DNA of 64,000 nt from IMG/VR virus record IMGVR_UViG_3300013426_000014, positions 64,001 through 128,000 of that record. One strand, written 5' to 3'. The notes below the pieces were generated by a model. That model did no database searches. It was not told where the DNA came from and worked only from the letters and a program-made list of their open reading frames with translations. The DNA comes from a virus (lineage: Duplodnaviria > Caudoviricetes). A program made the translations under genes and the position numbers. Position 1 is the stretch's first letter. Each line of letters starts with the position of its first letter. This document shows positions 33,370-46,580 of this stretch, piece by piece.

Positions 33370-36300
33370 TTATTCTGTCTGTTTCTTTATGCTCGCGTCG
33401 GTTGTCGACCTGAACGGCGCTGGATTCTCGACCGGGCCGACCGGTCTCAAATAAAGCCGTCTGTCGACGTTTTCCATGTAATCCTGTATAGTTATATCCT
33501 TTTTCTTGCCGGCTTCATCTGTGGCTTCGAAAACAGCCTTTATGATTGTCTTTTCCTCCGCTGTCATCCCGTCCGGGTTCTTGTATGCGGCGATCACAGT
33601 TTTTTTGAAGTCTGACGCGTTGTCGCCGGCGATTTTTTTGATTTCTGACTTTCTGAGCACCGCATATACGGCCGCGGCCGTCGTTTTTATACGGTTGTTC
33701 CCGTCCGTCGCCTTCGACAGCGCGTAACGTCGGAGTTCCGTCAGCATGTCGGCGAATCCGGACGGCAGCGATTTTTTCTTTTCTGATATTGACACGTCCG
33801 CCGGCATATCGATCTCCGTCGCCGGTCTGTCCGCCGCCGCGTTGATGTCATCGACCGCCGCCTTGAGCTCCGCCATGTTCGACGCGGACCGTTTTTCGCC
33901 GGCGCCGTCGACATCTACCGTCATGCCGGCGAATATCTTGAAGAAGTCGTCCATCTCGTCTGATGTCAGGTCGGCGTCATCCAGTATTTTCGCTATCGAT
34001 ATGACGTGATCCGTCGTTGTGTCCAGTGATTCCGCGATCTTCTTTATCTCGTCGAGCGTCGGCTTGCTTGTGCTTGTTCCGTCCTCTTTGTACGGCGATT
34101 TTATTGAACTATTCTTTTCCGGCCCGTATTGCGGGTAATCCACCGGGCTTGACACTTTATTGTGGATGTGTCCATCGCCGTCTATTTCGGGTGACTGTAT
34201 AACGTCGCTTTTCTCGTCGTCTTCTGTATCCTCATATGGATTTGTCATACTGGATCTCTCGCCGTCGGCGATGTCCTCGTACGGGTTGTCGACTGATTCC
34301 TTTTTCTCGTTTTCACCGTTGTCCTTGTACGGGTTGTCGAGATCCGGATTCTTCCTGTCTGCAGTGTCCTTGTACGGGTTGTCTATATCGATCCGTTTGC
34401 TTTCTGCTGTTTCCTCATACGGATCGTTGATGTCGGTCCGCCTGACGTCTTCCGTTTCTTCGTATGGGTTGTCAAGATCTGTTTTCTTCGCGTCGGCGCC
34501 GTCTTCATACGGATCGTTGATGTCAGTCCGCTTGACGTCTTCCGTTTCCTCATATGGGTTGTCGACGTTTTCTTTCCTGCCATCCAGCCCGTCCTCGTAC
34601 GGTGAGTCTATAAAGTCGTCCGGGATGTAGTCTGAATCGATCCCGATTTTTGATATGTTCCCGTCGTCCCGCGTCGCCTCTGAAAGATGCCGGAACATTC
34701 CCTCGTTCTCATTGTATTGCCTGTTGAAATCCTCATAGTTTGTGTATATCGAGTCGTGCCCGTTGCTGACGCGGTCCCGGTCGGTCGCCGACGGCGGCAT
34801 CGGATCCGGATATCCGGCGGAGAACATGCCCTCATGCTCGTGCTCCGCCCCATACGGCTCCGGCGCGCGCATCGTCCCGTCTGGCTCGCTGCCGTATACC
34901 GACACGTCCTGTATGGTTCCGGCCGCTCTGTCCGGCTCGTCCGTGTACGGGTTGTCCACCGTGTCCGAATGGTATTCAGTCCCGTATATCGACACGTCTT
35001 CTATCTTCCGCGTCTTTTCCGTGTCGTCCGGAATGTCTGGCGTCATGACGTCCTCATGATGGACGGACGCATCCTGCCTGTTTGTTGTCATGACGCTTTT
35101 CTTGTAGTTCGACATGATTTCCTCCGCCGCGATTTTCTTCTCGATCGCCGTCGCCGTTGACACAGGCATCTTCGCGATTTCTTTGATGTATGTTTTGAAT
35201 GCGTTGTCCGCCAGCGTTATATTTCGATTTTTCTTATCCTGCTCTTTTAATTCCGAACTCTTGTTCATTGCATCGCGGATGGTGGCGTACATGGTGACTA
35301 TATCTTTGGAGTTCAACGCGTTCATCGCCTCGTTAAATGTCGGTCCTTTACCAATCGGCGTGTTCATCAGTTTCTTCAGCGCGTCATTCGCCTTGTTGTC
35401 GAGTCAGTTGACGCCGTACGTTATCGCGTTGTTTATCGTCGACTGCAGCAGTCCGCCGACCATGCCGGATTTTGACGGCTGAGATTCATAATACGCGTTG
35501 CTGTCGGTTCCACTGAATTTTGTGTATCCGCCGCGGCCGTATTTCGTGTCGAGCATATCCATGACGGTATATTTCGCCGACCCGTACGACGTCGTCCTGT
35601 ACAGTTCCTCGTCGTCTATCCTGTCGTAGTTGCCGTACGCGTTTACGCTCGCCCCTGCCGCGTTGTTGACTTTCTCCGCCGATGTGTAAGTCATCGCCTT
35701 GTCACCGGATAGCGGGTATGCCTGTGCTTCTGATATGTTCCCGACCCGTATCTTGATCTGCAGGTCCTCTGCCGCTTCCTTATTAGACGAAGACAGCTGA
35801 CCGAGGTGCTGCATCGTGTCGTCAATTACGAACTCGCACTGGTTGCATGTCACACATATGGTCGGCATGTAGTCGTTCAGCGAGTTGTTCATCATCCCCC
35901 ACGCGTCAGTCGACGTGAACTTGCCGATCCATGACTTGACCGTGTTCAGTACGCCGGATATCGTATCCAACACCTTGAGCCGGCCCCGCGCCATGTCGTT
36001 GACCGACTCGTTCGCCGGCGATTCAGACGATCTGTTGCTTATGTGGAAGTTGCGAATTTCCGATACATATATTTTCATCTGAAAGTACCGCATCATGTCA
36101 GGCAGGACCCACCGCTGGTATACGTCGTCCCACGCTATCTTCCTGTACATGCTGAGCATTTCCGTTATCCTGAGATCGAGCGCCTCGTGACACTTTATCG
36201 TCAGTATCCCGTTTTCCGGCGTTATCCTTATCCCCGCCGCCGGGTCGACCTTCAGCAGTCCGGAAAGTCCCTCCACTGATTTGAAGTAATAAGGGTAATC

Positions 36301-36777
36301 ATTCTGGATCGACATCAGCATCGATCTGAACTTTGACAGCATCCCGGCGCGGGTCGACTCCTTCTGGTCGACAAGGTAGTCGTATGTCGAGTAGTTCTTC
36401 TCGTTCGTGTACTCATCGTCCGCGGCGGTCGGCTCGGCCGACCCGTTGTCCCAGTTGATCCTGTCGGTCAGCGGCGTGTTCGCCGCCTCCATCACAGAGA
36501 ACAACCCCGGATCCGTCTTCGTCTTGCTCGTCGGTGGGGCGAGCAGCGGCATGGGCATGTCGTTGTAACTGTTTTCCGATGACGGGTTTTCGAATGTGAA
36601 CGCGATCCGGAACGTCAGGTATGTCGGCTCGTCGTAATCGCCCTTGAAATATGAATTCTTCGGGGCGTTGTTATGAAAATCGTTCAGGAACGCGCGCCGG
36701 ATACTCTCGTTCCCGCGGTCCTTGCCGTTCAGTATCGACGGCCCTGATATGGGGAACACCCCCGTTGTCTTGCCCAT
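33370..36777 (-). CDS. Large tail/baseplate-associated protein with acidic tandem repeats
   Basis: Two fragments join across TGA 35404-35406 (1135 aa); lies in the baseplate cluster. Confidence 0.6.
34200..34611 (-). repeat. Coding tandem repeat, about 9 x 45 bp (15 aa, DNPYE...)
   Basis: DSPYEDGLDGRKENV DNPYEETEDVKRTDI NDPYEDGADAKKTDL DNPYEETEDVRRTDI and further units; boundaries approximate. Confidence 0.85.
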
Positions 36778-36780
36778 CCG

Positions 36781-38403
36781 TTATTTCGATTTCTTTTCCG
36801 TCTCGTCCGTGTAAGGCGCCGGTCATTCCCTCCGTTTCAGTATGAACTCCGTTTTGTATCCGACCATCTTGTCGTCGTCGCTTTTCGGATGTTCGTACCT
36901 GTATGTGACACCGGCGACGTAATACCAGCCGGAGTAGAATATGTTAAAGCCCGCCGCGATTTTGTCGCCATTGACTACTTGCGCCATAGTGTTTGACGGC
37001 ATATATAGGATCACCGGTATTTTCTCGCCGCGTATTATCTGGGTATTCAACCCATTGACTTTCACTTTAATATAGAGTTTGTCCAGCTCCTTGCTATTTA
37101 TCAGGTTGTGATATTCCGCCCTATTATAGTTCGCGTGCGTATTGCCTGACCATGTGTTCGTGCTCATCATGTCCTCTGAATCGTCGTCTGACATGACGTA
37201 TTCGATTCCGGATCACGGTTTTCTGATATATATGTCCTTGTAACTGTAGTTCGCGCGGGACTGTCTTTTCGCCGACGCGTCCGACGCGGAGCTGTCTGCC
37301 GCCCTGCCGCGGAGGATGATATGGTCATTGATTTTTGTCTGGTTATATGCCGGGACGTTCGACAGGTTTTCAAGCGGGTCGTCTTCGTTGTTGTATATGT
37401 TCTGGTTGTGTCTGAACGCGCCGGATATGATCTCTGTACCGATGTCGAACGTGACCGACGTCGACTTGTTCTCGACCGACCAGTCTGTTATGTAAAATAC
37501 CGTGTTCTTGAACACTTCGTTGTTTATCAGCCCTTTATAACAGATTTCGGCATTCTTCTGTTCCGACGATTCCGGATTCGGGTTGAGCCACGCTGTGCGC
37601 ATCGCCGACGTGATCGCGGCCACGTCCATGCTTGTGTCCGGCGAGTTGATGCACTTGTTCACCTCGACGTACGTCAGGTTGTAATATGGATCAAATCAAG
37701 CGTCGTAAAATGAAGTCTCATCCTTCCATGAGTGCCGCATCACATTTTTGATGTAGTCACGGACGGACTGTGTGTAGCACAGTCACAGCTGCGTGTCGTC
37801 CGACTCGTCCTCGTCGTTGGACGCGAATCCTGCGCCCAGCCGTCGGGCGGTGTCCTTCATCGCGTCTTTCGACGTTCCGATGAATCCGAAACAGCTTTTG
37901 TCTGTGTCAAGGCCGGGTATGAACATGTCGCCAGACATCGATATCGTCTGCTTTCCCGCCCCCGTCACCCCGGCGCCGGACGTCGTCATGCTTTTGATGA
38001 CGAAATCACACCGCAATGTCTTGTACACATCGTTCTTCGGCCGGAGGGCGACCGATATCATGTCGCCGTCCTTCGGCGTGTTTTTTATCAGGAACGTGTT
38101 CGCGTTCGGACGGATGACGAGCGTGATCCGCGGCAGGAACCCGGTCGCGTCTATTGAGAATCATGATATGTCAGATTGTTCGACGATATAGTCGTTCACG
38201 CGGATTACCGGAAGTTCGAAACCCTCTGTCTGAGGGACCGATCTTGTCTCGCCCGGGTTTTCCATGTTGGGTATCGACAGCTCGTCGAGCTCTATCGTCG
38301 GCTTGATTTCCGGATCGGCGTACACGCGGACGATTCCGTCCGGATCCTGCCCGGCGGACGCGTCCGACGCCGTGCCGACTCCGGTGAATTTGTAATCCGC
38401 CAT
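36781..38403 (-). CDS. Putative baseplate hub protein (gp27/gpD-like)
   Basis: Open across five TGA; GLNTQIIRGEKIPV, FYSGWYYV and RRE(TGA)PAP; between gp53-like and gp5-like genes. Confidence 0.55.
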
Positions 38404-38404
38404 A

Positions 38405-39580
38405 TTAGCCCTTTATCTTGTTTTTGATACTGTCCGTCATGTAGTCGCCGGCCGACATGCCGTTGTCCGCGCATCCGACGCTCGTGTCAGACCCGAAATA
38501 AACGCGACCGTTCTTCGTCTCGACGCCGGATTTGTCGATCATGCCGGAGTTCGGTGAGACAACAGATGACTTATCCGCTGCTTTCTGACTCGCGATGTTC
38601 TGGATCGCCGCCGGTGTCATACCGGCCGCGGCGAGTGTTCTTGCGGCGTTGCCTGATGCCCCGCCTCCATTGACGGCGCTGATCACGTCGTTTATATAAC
38701 TGTTTGACATACCTGCGTCACGAAGTGATTTCACTGTGTCCGCATACGCGCCGGATTCAGCGCCGGATGTGGCCGCGCGCATCAGGTCGACCGTCATGTC
38801 GGCGACATTGATATCCGATATTATCTCGTCTGCAGTTCTCACCGCGCCGCCCTGTCCGTACTCGCCAGATATGATGTTTGCCGTCATATTCGACAGACTG
38901 TCTGTCGTTGATTCAGCAACAGACGATATCCCGGACGCCGCATTCTTGCCAACGCTTCCGTTGTATGAGCTCATTATCGACGACAGGCTGTTCGCGGTCC
39001 TTAATGACGAATTTCCTTTCGACGAATAGTTCGTGGCGTTTGCTCCAAAATAGACACGGCCGTTCTTTATCTCGACCGCCGGCACACCGATACCAGCCAT
39101 GTTCGGCGGTAGCACCGCCGCGGCCTGTTTGCCGGAGGCCGACATCCTTCTGTTTTTCGACACGACCGCCGCGTTCCGCTGCGACCCCGCCGTGTCAGGC
39201 GCTTTCGACCTGTCGATGTACTTACTTAGCAACGCCCCGTTATTTTTTGTCCGGACGGATGAATCCGTATCGTATGATGGTTCGTACACGTTGTTGTAAA
39301 CGCTCTGCAACGACACGAGATTGATGACATCATCTTTCTGTATTGTGAAAGGGTTGCGGAAATCATTATATGCGCATACGATTTCCGTGTATTTGTCTGT
39401 CCCGTACATCGACAGCGACACTTTGTCCGGCCGCATCTCCATGTCATCCGGGACTTTGTACACGGAATACAGCTCGACCTCTGCTCCGTCAGGGTTGAGG
39501 AAACTCTCGCCTATATCGGTCGTCTCGACCCCGTATTCGTCGATAAACAGCGGTTTTTCGTCTATACTTTTGTCGAACAT
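38405..39580 (-). CDS. Baseplate wedge protein (gp53 / LysM-like N-terminus)
   Basis: YKVPDDMEMRPDKVSLSMYG..IVCAYNDFRNPFTI. Confidence 0.7.
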   Translation of the reverse strand: MFDKSIDEKPLFIDEYGVETTDIGESFLNPDGAEVELYSVYKVPDDMEMRPDKVSLSMYGTDKYTEIVCAYNDFRNPFTIQKDDVINLVSLQSVYNNVYEPSYDTDSSVRTKNNGALLSKYIDRSKAPDTAGSQRNAAVVSKNRRMSASGKQAAAVLPPNMAGIGVPAVEIKNGRVYFGANATNYSSKGNSSLRTANSLSSIMSSYNGSVGKNAASGISSVAESTTDSLSNMTANIISGEYGQGGAVRTADEIISDINVADMTVDLMRAATSGAESGAYADTVKSLRDAGMSNSYINDVISAVNGGGASGNAARTLAAAGMTPAAIQNIASQKAADKSSVVSPNSGMIDKSGVETKNGRVYFGSDTSVGCADNGMSAGDYMTDSIKNKIKG

Positions 39581-39584
39581 TCCG

Positions 39585-41636
39585 TTACATTATGTTTTTG
39601 ATGGCCCATGGCGCCAGTACATGACTTGACAGTCCGATGCTGGTCGAGCTCGCCGCGGCAAGATCGGATATCGTGTCGAGATCGTTCTGTGCCGACGAGT
39701 TCGTGAATTTGAGTGTGCTACCGGTGGACTGATATCCCGGCTTGAGCCGCATCTCACCCATCGATCTGCCGTTCCGCCCTTGCCCCGTGATGACCGGTCC
39801 AATCAGGTCCGGCTTGCTGGACGTGCTCTGTGTTTGGTCATCGACCTTTGTCTGCTTGTCTGCGGATGACGACATGTCGTCGGATATCTCGTATATCCGG
39901 CCGGCGCCGCGGTTGAACATTGACTCTATCGCGTCCCTGTCACGCGGCATGCCGTGCTTGAGTGTTATCGTAGCGGTGAATCCTATCGGGAAGTCGTCTG
40001 GTCCCAACTCGTCGTCGAAGTCGATCTTAAGACTGTCACACACGAGGTTCCCGATCATCGCTATGGGATTCATCGGGTTCCCTATTGTCAGGTGTCAGTC
40101 GCCGATCGGCTCGCCGGTGAACAACGCTCGCATGCCGGTGAGGTATGGCACCGTGCCGACATTATGCCGCATCTCGTTTCCGAGCACCGGCATCATGTGT
40201 TTTGTTATGTCCGACAGCGTCATGTTATCTATATTAAGACCCTTGAACGGATCTCCGCTCGAGAATATGCTTGACACCGCCGTGCTGAGCCATGTCGCCG
40301 CGTCCTTGAGCACCGATCCGAGACCGGAAAGCAGCTGTTTTCCGACATCGCCGATCTTGTAGTCCTGTGACGATTTGCCGGCGAGACGCTGCGAGAATAT
40401 GTCAACTAACGTCTCAGCCGCACCGGGCGTGCGCTGCCCGTCCTTCCCGTAAGTCGTGAGCAGCTGTCCCTTGTACATCTTCGAGAAGAACGCGCTGTTG
40501 TTGAAAGGGTATCTGTTCGGCTCGAGCATAAACCTGTGTGCGCCGCCGAAGAACTGAGCCGACGCGGAGCACATGGTCATTATGTTGCCGAGTATGTCGA
40601 GTAGCGCGGCTTTCGCGTTGATTCCGCCGACCGGCCTTGCGACGTAATGGAATTTCAGTGTCAGCCCGTCCATTGAAAACTTGAGACCGCGCTTCCGCTT
40701 CATCACCTTGTTTATGACGTTGACAGGCCCGATCACCCTGTTTTCGTAAGGCCCGTTGCTGTATGGATCCGGTGGCAGGCCATTCGCCTCCGCCGCGTTG
40801 AACTCGTCCGGATTGAATATTCCCATGACGTCGACTATCGATCTCGCATGCTGTGATATCCAGTTGTTTGACCCGAACATGTTGAGTGTTTCCTCCATGC
40901 CCTCTGTCTGACCGGTGACGTCTCATATGTCAGACTGTATCTCGTCCCATTCAAGACCCGTCGTGAAGCTGAGTATGTCTGACAGTTTGTTGTCGGTCCC
41001 CCCGCCGAAATATGTCACCGCCGTCGCGAGCGGATGCATGCGGGTTTTTACGTCCGTCCCGCCGCTTTCCTTCCCGCTCTTATCGACTTCCGTACTGCTT
41101 GTCATGGTGGGGTAGTTCAGATTGTCGAGTATCGGATTTGGATAACGTCGCAGCGTTATCATCCTGTTGTTCGGTATCTTGTTCCAGTATTTGCAGAATA
41201 CAAAGTCCTGATATTGGTACGGCGTTCTTGATCACGTATCGCCGTTGCCCCAGTTTATTATCGCGGCGGTGGTCGGGTTTTTCGCGTAACCACCTTTGTC
41301 GTCTGTCCCGTTTATCTCGTAATATTTACGTGATTTGGAGCTGTCAATCAAGTATTTGCCGCCATGCGCCCCGTACAGTCTCGTCATCGTGTACGGATTC
41401 ATCAGAGAATTCGTGACGGCCCACGGTGAGTTGCTGTCATTATGCATGCTGTCCTTAATTGCAGCCGCCCTTGTTTTCGCCGCGTCGTCATTCTTGATGC
41501 TGTATTCATCCGGCACGATACCGGTCGTCGCGAATGCCTTGATATCCGACATCGGTGACACTATGTAAGAATCACTCGCGCTCTGCTCGAATGATATCAC
41601 GCGGTCCAGCCGCTTGTCCCATGGAGATCCGGCCAT
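39585..41636 (-). CDS. Putative baseplate / tail-tube initiator protein
   Basis: Four fragments join across three TGA; GD(TGA)HLTIGNPMNPIAMIGNL and DDFP motifs; position in the cluster. Confidence 0.5.
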
Positions 41637-41647
41637 CGTCTAATTCT

Positions 41648-43153
41648 TTATTTTTCCTTTCATACGTACGGCATGTTGAGATGCACGTCCGCCGAGTCGT
41701 TTATTATCGCGTGGCTGTCGTCCGGTATCTCGCTCGTCACGATGTCCTGTATGCGTGCGGAGACACTCGTGTTCGCTGTATCGTACAGTCTGATGTTCGT
41801 TACTCACATGTCCGACGCTGGTATTGCGAATCCTGATATGGAACCGCCGTTCCACCGCATCGGCGACTCGACGACACTGTACGTCTTAAGCTTTGGATCC
41901 GCCCCGTACAGGGTGACATCCGCGCTTTTCCCCATGTTGATCACGATGCCGTATCATGCGTCATTCTTGACTTGCGTCCGGAGATCCACGACAGTCTCGT
42001 CCTCCCCGCACGTGATAGACACGAACCTTCCGCTTATCAGCCGTATCTCGATTCCGTCGACACCGTTACCCTTCAGCAACGTATAAACCAAAGCCTTTCC
42101 TATCTTGTATCCGTCGAGTGACGGCCAGTTCGACGGCAGTTTTCTCGTCACATCCGCCGGGACGGTGAGCGTATTGTCTTTGACTACGCCGTACAGTTTG
42201 ACCGCGCCCCGTTCCGCGTACGCCGGCCCGTCCTCCATCAGTCCTGCCGGGAGCGCGACCGATGTTGATCTCGCTGTCCGGACCACTTTTCCGAATTTTA
42301 CCGGGCTCATGTCGGATGATCCGTGAAGGTTCACCCACGCCGACAGACAGCGTGTGTCGTCCGCCGTTCATGAGTCTTTCACCATGTATGTGACGACTGA
42401 CTCGTCTGACACCGCCATGCAGTCGTAATATGACCGCGCGACGAGATGTCCGTCGACCTTCAACCCGTCCGGCATGTTGACCGCGACCGTCACTTTCCTT
42501 TGTATTGATCCGGCGGTTTTCGACGCCGGGGACTTCTTGTATGGGTCCTTCACTGATGCTATCAACCCCGACGTCTGTGGATCATCGACGAGATCCTGTA
42601 TAGTTCCCGCTATCTCGCTGCCATATTGTTTCTCTGTGCTGACTGTATTCACGTCGATCGCCTCCGCCAGCGCGTCACCAGTATGCCTGTGCGCGGACGG
42701 CTGGTATTTCCGGCATGACAGCTTATATGACGTCACTTGCCCCGCCGTCTTGCCGGGGTTCATCGACGCGACCTCTCACAGCTTCTCCGTCATCGGTATC
42801 CATATTATGTCGCCCGCCTGAGGCACGGTCGCGTCATTCGACACAGCCGCCTCCCATGACTTTGTGTCAATTTCCAGTGTCAGCGGCGATTGATAGTCCA
42901 TGCCCAGCGTCGAGAATATGTATGAGCTCTCATCATACGACGTGTTCGAGTACATCATCTTGATCTCGAGCGGGCATTGCTCGACATTATACAGTGTGTA
43001 GTCGTGAAACAGGAAGTCTGATTCGCCCTTGACCGGCGTCGACCTGAAGTACATGACGTCCACGCCGGCCGTCTTGGTCGCGGCTGAATTAATTGTTGAC
43101 AGTATGCTGTTCGCGAACGCCGCGGCGGCGTCCTGCAGGTTTGTAGTCGACAT
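41648..43153 (-). CDS. Neck protein (gp14-like N-terminus) with a beta-rich C-terminal domain
   Basis: GVDVMYF, FSTLGMD and PQAGDIIWIPMTEKL(TGA)EV; open across five TGA; start placed after the late promoter. Confidence 0.65.
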
Positions 43154-43179
43154 ATAAAAAAGAAATGACGTCTTTGCCT

Positions 43180-43187
43180 TATTTATC
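43180..43187 (-). promoter_or_regulatory. Late promoter GATAAATA in a hairpin loop
   Basis: 27 nt upstream of the neck gene ATG. Confidence 0.65.
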
Positions 43188-43219
43188 GACAAAGACGTCA
43201 AATCCTGGTTTTTAACGCG

Positions 43220-44800
43220 CTATATGAGCGAGTTCGTTGATCCGTCCGGCGCGAGCTTCACAGAGAATGTTTGGTATGGGAAACCGCGCTGCCTGTATAT
43301 CTTTTCCCTCTCTTTGAAATGTCTGTATAAGTAGTTGTCCTTCTGATACCCGGTCCCGGCCCGCATGTCGTCACCGAAGTCGATGAAAATCACTTTGTCC
43401 TTGCCGACGGAACGGCGCATGCCGCGGCCGATGAGCTGCGATATCTGGACCTCAGACTTCGTCGACTCGGCGAGGAATATATTGTATATGTTCGACACAT
43501 CGATACCTTCTGAGAATGTGCCGACCGAGGCGACGATCACGGTGTTACCGTCCGCGTCGTCCTCCATCCTATTCTTCGCGTAATCGCGGGTGCTTGAGTC
43601 AACACCGCCGTCGACATAGAACACCGTCTTGTCCGTGTTCTCCCTCAGCCACTCGTATATCCGCCTGCCGTACTCATTCTGTATGTCGGAGAAAATGACC
43701 AGCGAATTTTTCGTCGTCTTCGCGATCATGCCCGTCACGTAATTGAACCGCGCCCGTGACTTGCGCGCGATGTCCTTCTCGAGGTTGAGAAGCTTGCCGC
43801 CGGCGGTGATGTCGTCCCTGTCTTTTGTACATCTCGCGTCATACAGCGCGTTCTTGCGGTCGTCCGTCAGGTAGTCCATCGCGATGCCGACGACATTGAT
43901 AGGCGTCGCGAACTGCTCCTTGTTGATCAGGTCGTAACTTGACAGCCTGAATACGATCGGCCCGATGTATGCCTGCTCGATGAAACTGTCGTATGTTCCC
44001 TCTTTCGGAAACGTGCCGGTCATGCCGACCTTATATCCGGCGTTGTAACATTTTTTTATGATCCCCTTAATGGATGTCGCCGTGGCGTGCTGTACCTCGT
44101 CTATCAGTATGCAGTCGATATCCTTGAAGAACTCGACTCCCTTCTTGCACAGCGATTGGTAGTTGCCGAATATTATGTTGTCGTCATACGTCTTCTTCTT
44201 TTTTGCCTTCGCGTGAATTTCCGAGTACGTCCAGTCGGTCGGCACGCCGTTCCCGCTGTCATACTCGATGAACTTCTCCGCCGACTGAGACGTTAGGTTC
44301 GTATTCGGCGTCACGAACAGTATCTTGCGGAGGTGTAACATGTCCTTCATATACCGGAAGAGCAGGTACGACACGAGCGTCTTGCCACCGGACGTCGAGA
44401 TCTCAACGCAGCAATTGCGGTATGACAATATCGAGTACGCCGCCTGTATCTGGTAGTCTTTTGGCTTCTTGTCGTTTTTCGCGAAAAGGTTATCTGCATA
44501 TTCCTTGAATCCGCCGAACGATATCGAGCAATTCCGTATCTTGCAGTCGAATCCGTCGATGAACTCAATGTCATATCCATACTCCTTGCAGACGTTGACG
44601 AGCTCGAGATACAGGCCGCGTGGTATGATGCAGCCGTTCGACATGAAGCTTTCCTCCACGTTTGCGTACGGCGCCTTGTTCTTGATGATCCACCAGTTGT
44701 TTATCTTTTTGGTGAAAGACATCTCGATCTGCCGCCGCTCGATCTGCGTCATTTGTTCGAGTATTATGAATTTTTCGTCTGATGTAAGTCTCGCCGTCAT
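43220..44800 (-). CDS. uvsW: SF2 DNA helicase, UvsW-like
   Basis: KDYQ, STSGGKT, DEVQH, GMTGT, FSEGID and QLIGRGMR; no in-frame TGA. Confidence 0.9.
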   Translation of the reverse strand: MTARLTSDEKFIILEQMTQIERRQIEMSFTKKINNWWIIKNKAPYANVEESFMSNGCIIPRGLYLELVNVCKEYGYDIEFIDGFDCKIRNCSISFGGFKEYADNLFAKNDKKPKDYQIQAAYSILSYRNCCVEISTSGGKTLVSYLLFRYMKDMLHLRKILFVTPNTNLTSQSAEKFIEYDSGNGVPTDWTYSEIHAKAKKKKTYDDNIIFGNYQSLCKKGVEFFKDIDCILIDEVQHATATSIKGIIKKCYNAGYKVGMTGTFPKEGTYDSFIEQAYIGPIVFRLSSYDLINKEQFATPINVVGIAMDYLTDDRKNALYDARCTKDRDDITAGGKLLNLEKDIARKSRARFNYVTGMIAKTTKNSLVIFSDIQNEYGRRIYEWLRENTDKTVFYVDGGVDSSTRDYAKNRMEDDADGNTVIVASVGTFSEGIDVSNIYNIFLAESTKSEVQISQLIGRGMRRSVGKDKVIFIDFGDDMRAGTGYQKDNYLYRHFKEREKIYRQRGFPYQTFSVKLAPDGSTNSLI

Positions 44801-44862
44801 ATATCAAAAATAAAGTGTTCAACAAAACCATATATTTTATAGGTAAACTATTACATTATTTT

Positions 44863-45480
44863 ATGACCGACCGTTTCAGAATATACATAAAGGCGCGGAT
44901 CACGCTCCGGCAGATGTGACGCCGGGTCATGTCGTCTCGTGCCGGGACGGCTGTCCGTGAAAGTATCGAGGATTTCAGATGCTGTATTGATGAGTACGGA
45001 TTCCGGTATGGGGTCAGGATGTGGATGTTCCCGCCGATGTCGGCAGAGAAATTCTGCGAGATTATGATTGATTACGAGCTGCGACATTACCCCGGCGTGA
45101 CGTTCAGATACCTGATGTCATTGCCGAAGCAGGACCGTGCGCCGTCGTCATACGAGTGGAAGAACGTGTTCGGGAGCGGATCTGATCCAGTGAAAGTAAA
45201 TAAGGTCCGGAAAGAGATGCTTGACTTCGTCAGAGGCAATGTTATGAAAATGAACGTGTATTACCGGGACGGCGTCAGGACCGAATATCAGGATGACTGG
45301 TACCGGAGGTATAGGTTCAAGTCGAAGAGAGAGTTCGAACAGTTCAAACGGAAATTCTTCAGGCTTTACCCGAAGACGAAGCCATATAAGATAAACAAGG
45401 ATGAAATATCCAGATCGTTCTCGATGTTTGACCTACAGTACGGGTTGATGCGGGATTACGACGAAGGATATGATTTGTAA
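44863..45480 (+). CDS. Hypothetical basic protein
   Basis: ORF extends to ATG 44863 across one TGA. Confidence 0.55.
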
Positions 45481-45501
45481 AGATAATAGAACTATATAGA
45501 T

Positions 45502-45678
45502 ATGGATAACAATACGCTTTACGCTGATTTCGAGATAAACGGCGACGACATGTTTGTTGTCACGCCGGAAGGCAATTATTTTAATTTTCCCGCGGGGAGT
45601 TATGACGAGTCACATCCAGACGAAACGGTGATCGATCCGGAAAGTCACAAGGTATATACCGTCAAATTTGGCGAGTAA
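45502..45678 (+). CDS. Small hypothetical protein
   Basis: 58-aa ORF, MDNNTLYADF..., fills the gap. Confidence 0.5.
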   Translation: MDNNTLYADFEINGDDMFVVTPEGNYFNFPAGSYDESHPDETVIDPESHKVYTVKFGE

Positions 45679-45681
45679 TTT

Positions 45682-46572
45682 ATGTCGAAGATTACAAGGC
45701 TCGGCCTTTCTATTGTCGCGTTTGACGGAACGGAGCATCTAAAGAATATATTGTATGAGCTTCGCGGCTTGTGCGATGTCATCCATGTATGCCTGCAGCG
45801 AAAATCTTACCACGGTGATCCCATCGCGGCGAAGGATGTCGACGAGGTCGATTTGCTCAGCAGACTCGGTTTTGTTGACAGGATCATCTGATATGATCCG
45901 GATTTATCATATTTGTCTGGAAAGTTTGACATGTCCATCCCGCGTCGTCTCGAGTGCGCGAAACGGAACATGATGCTTGACGAGCTTGAGAAGGAAGGAT
46001 GTTCACACAGCATCATTACGGATTCGGACGAGTTTTATGATTATGACGAGTTCAAAAAGGCGAAGGACCTTATAGACGGGCTCGATTACGTACGGGTAAC
46101 GTATTGTCAGTACGTCAACTACTACAATGCGTATGATCGGATCCTTTTGTATCCGTGGCCGGCGTATGTCCCATTCATAACGGAGTCATCATACAGGTTT
46201 GAGTTTGATTCTGGTGATTTCGACAGACCATCCGACCCGACCAGACGGTACAAGCTTGAGCCGGGGCCAGACGGAAAGAAGAATTTCCAGATAATCGATT
46301 GAGATACGGTCCATATGCATCATTTATCATGGATTCGCCGCGACATAGAGAAGAAACTTGACTGCTGGTCCGCGAAACGGTATTTCGAAAATGTTGCTGG
46401 TCTGCGCGGCCGGATTCTCGACCGGTATTATAACTGGACGCAGGGCGAGAACGCGTATCTCATGTTCGGTGTTCCAGACAACCAGGTCATTGTTCAGAGA
46501 TTAGACGATCAATATATAAATCCCCGATGGAGTCTTACTGAGTCTCCTGAAAAACTTGAATACAGAAAATAG
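45682..46572 (+). CDS. Putative glycosyltransferase (GT-A fold, GT2-like)
   Basis: Open across two TGA; AKRN, DxD motif TDSDEFY, MHHLSWIR. Confidence 0.65.
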
Positions 46573-46580
46573 GAACGGAC

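Noticed and set aside
34200-34611. CRISPR array
   Set aside because: The units are degenerate in-frame coding repeats without constant repeats and unique spacers
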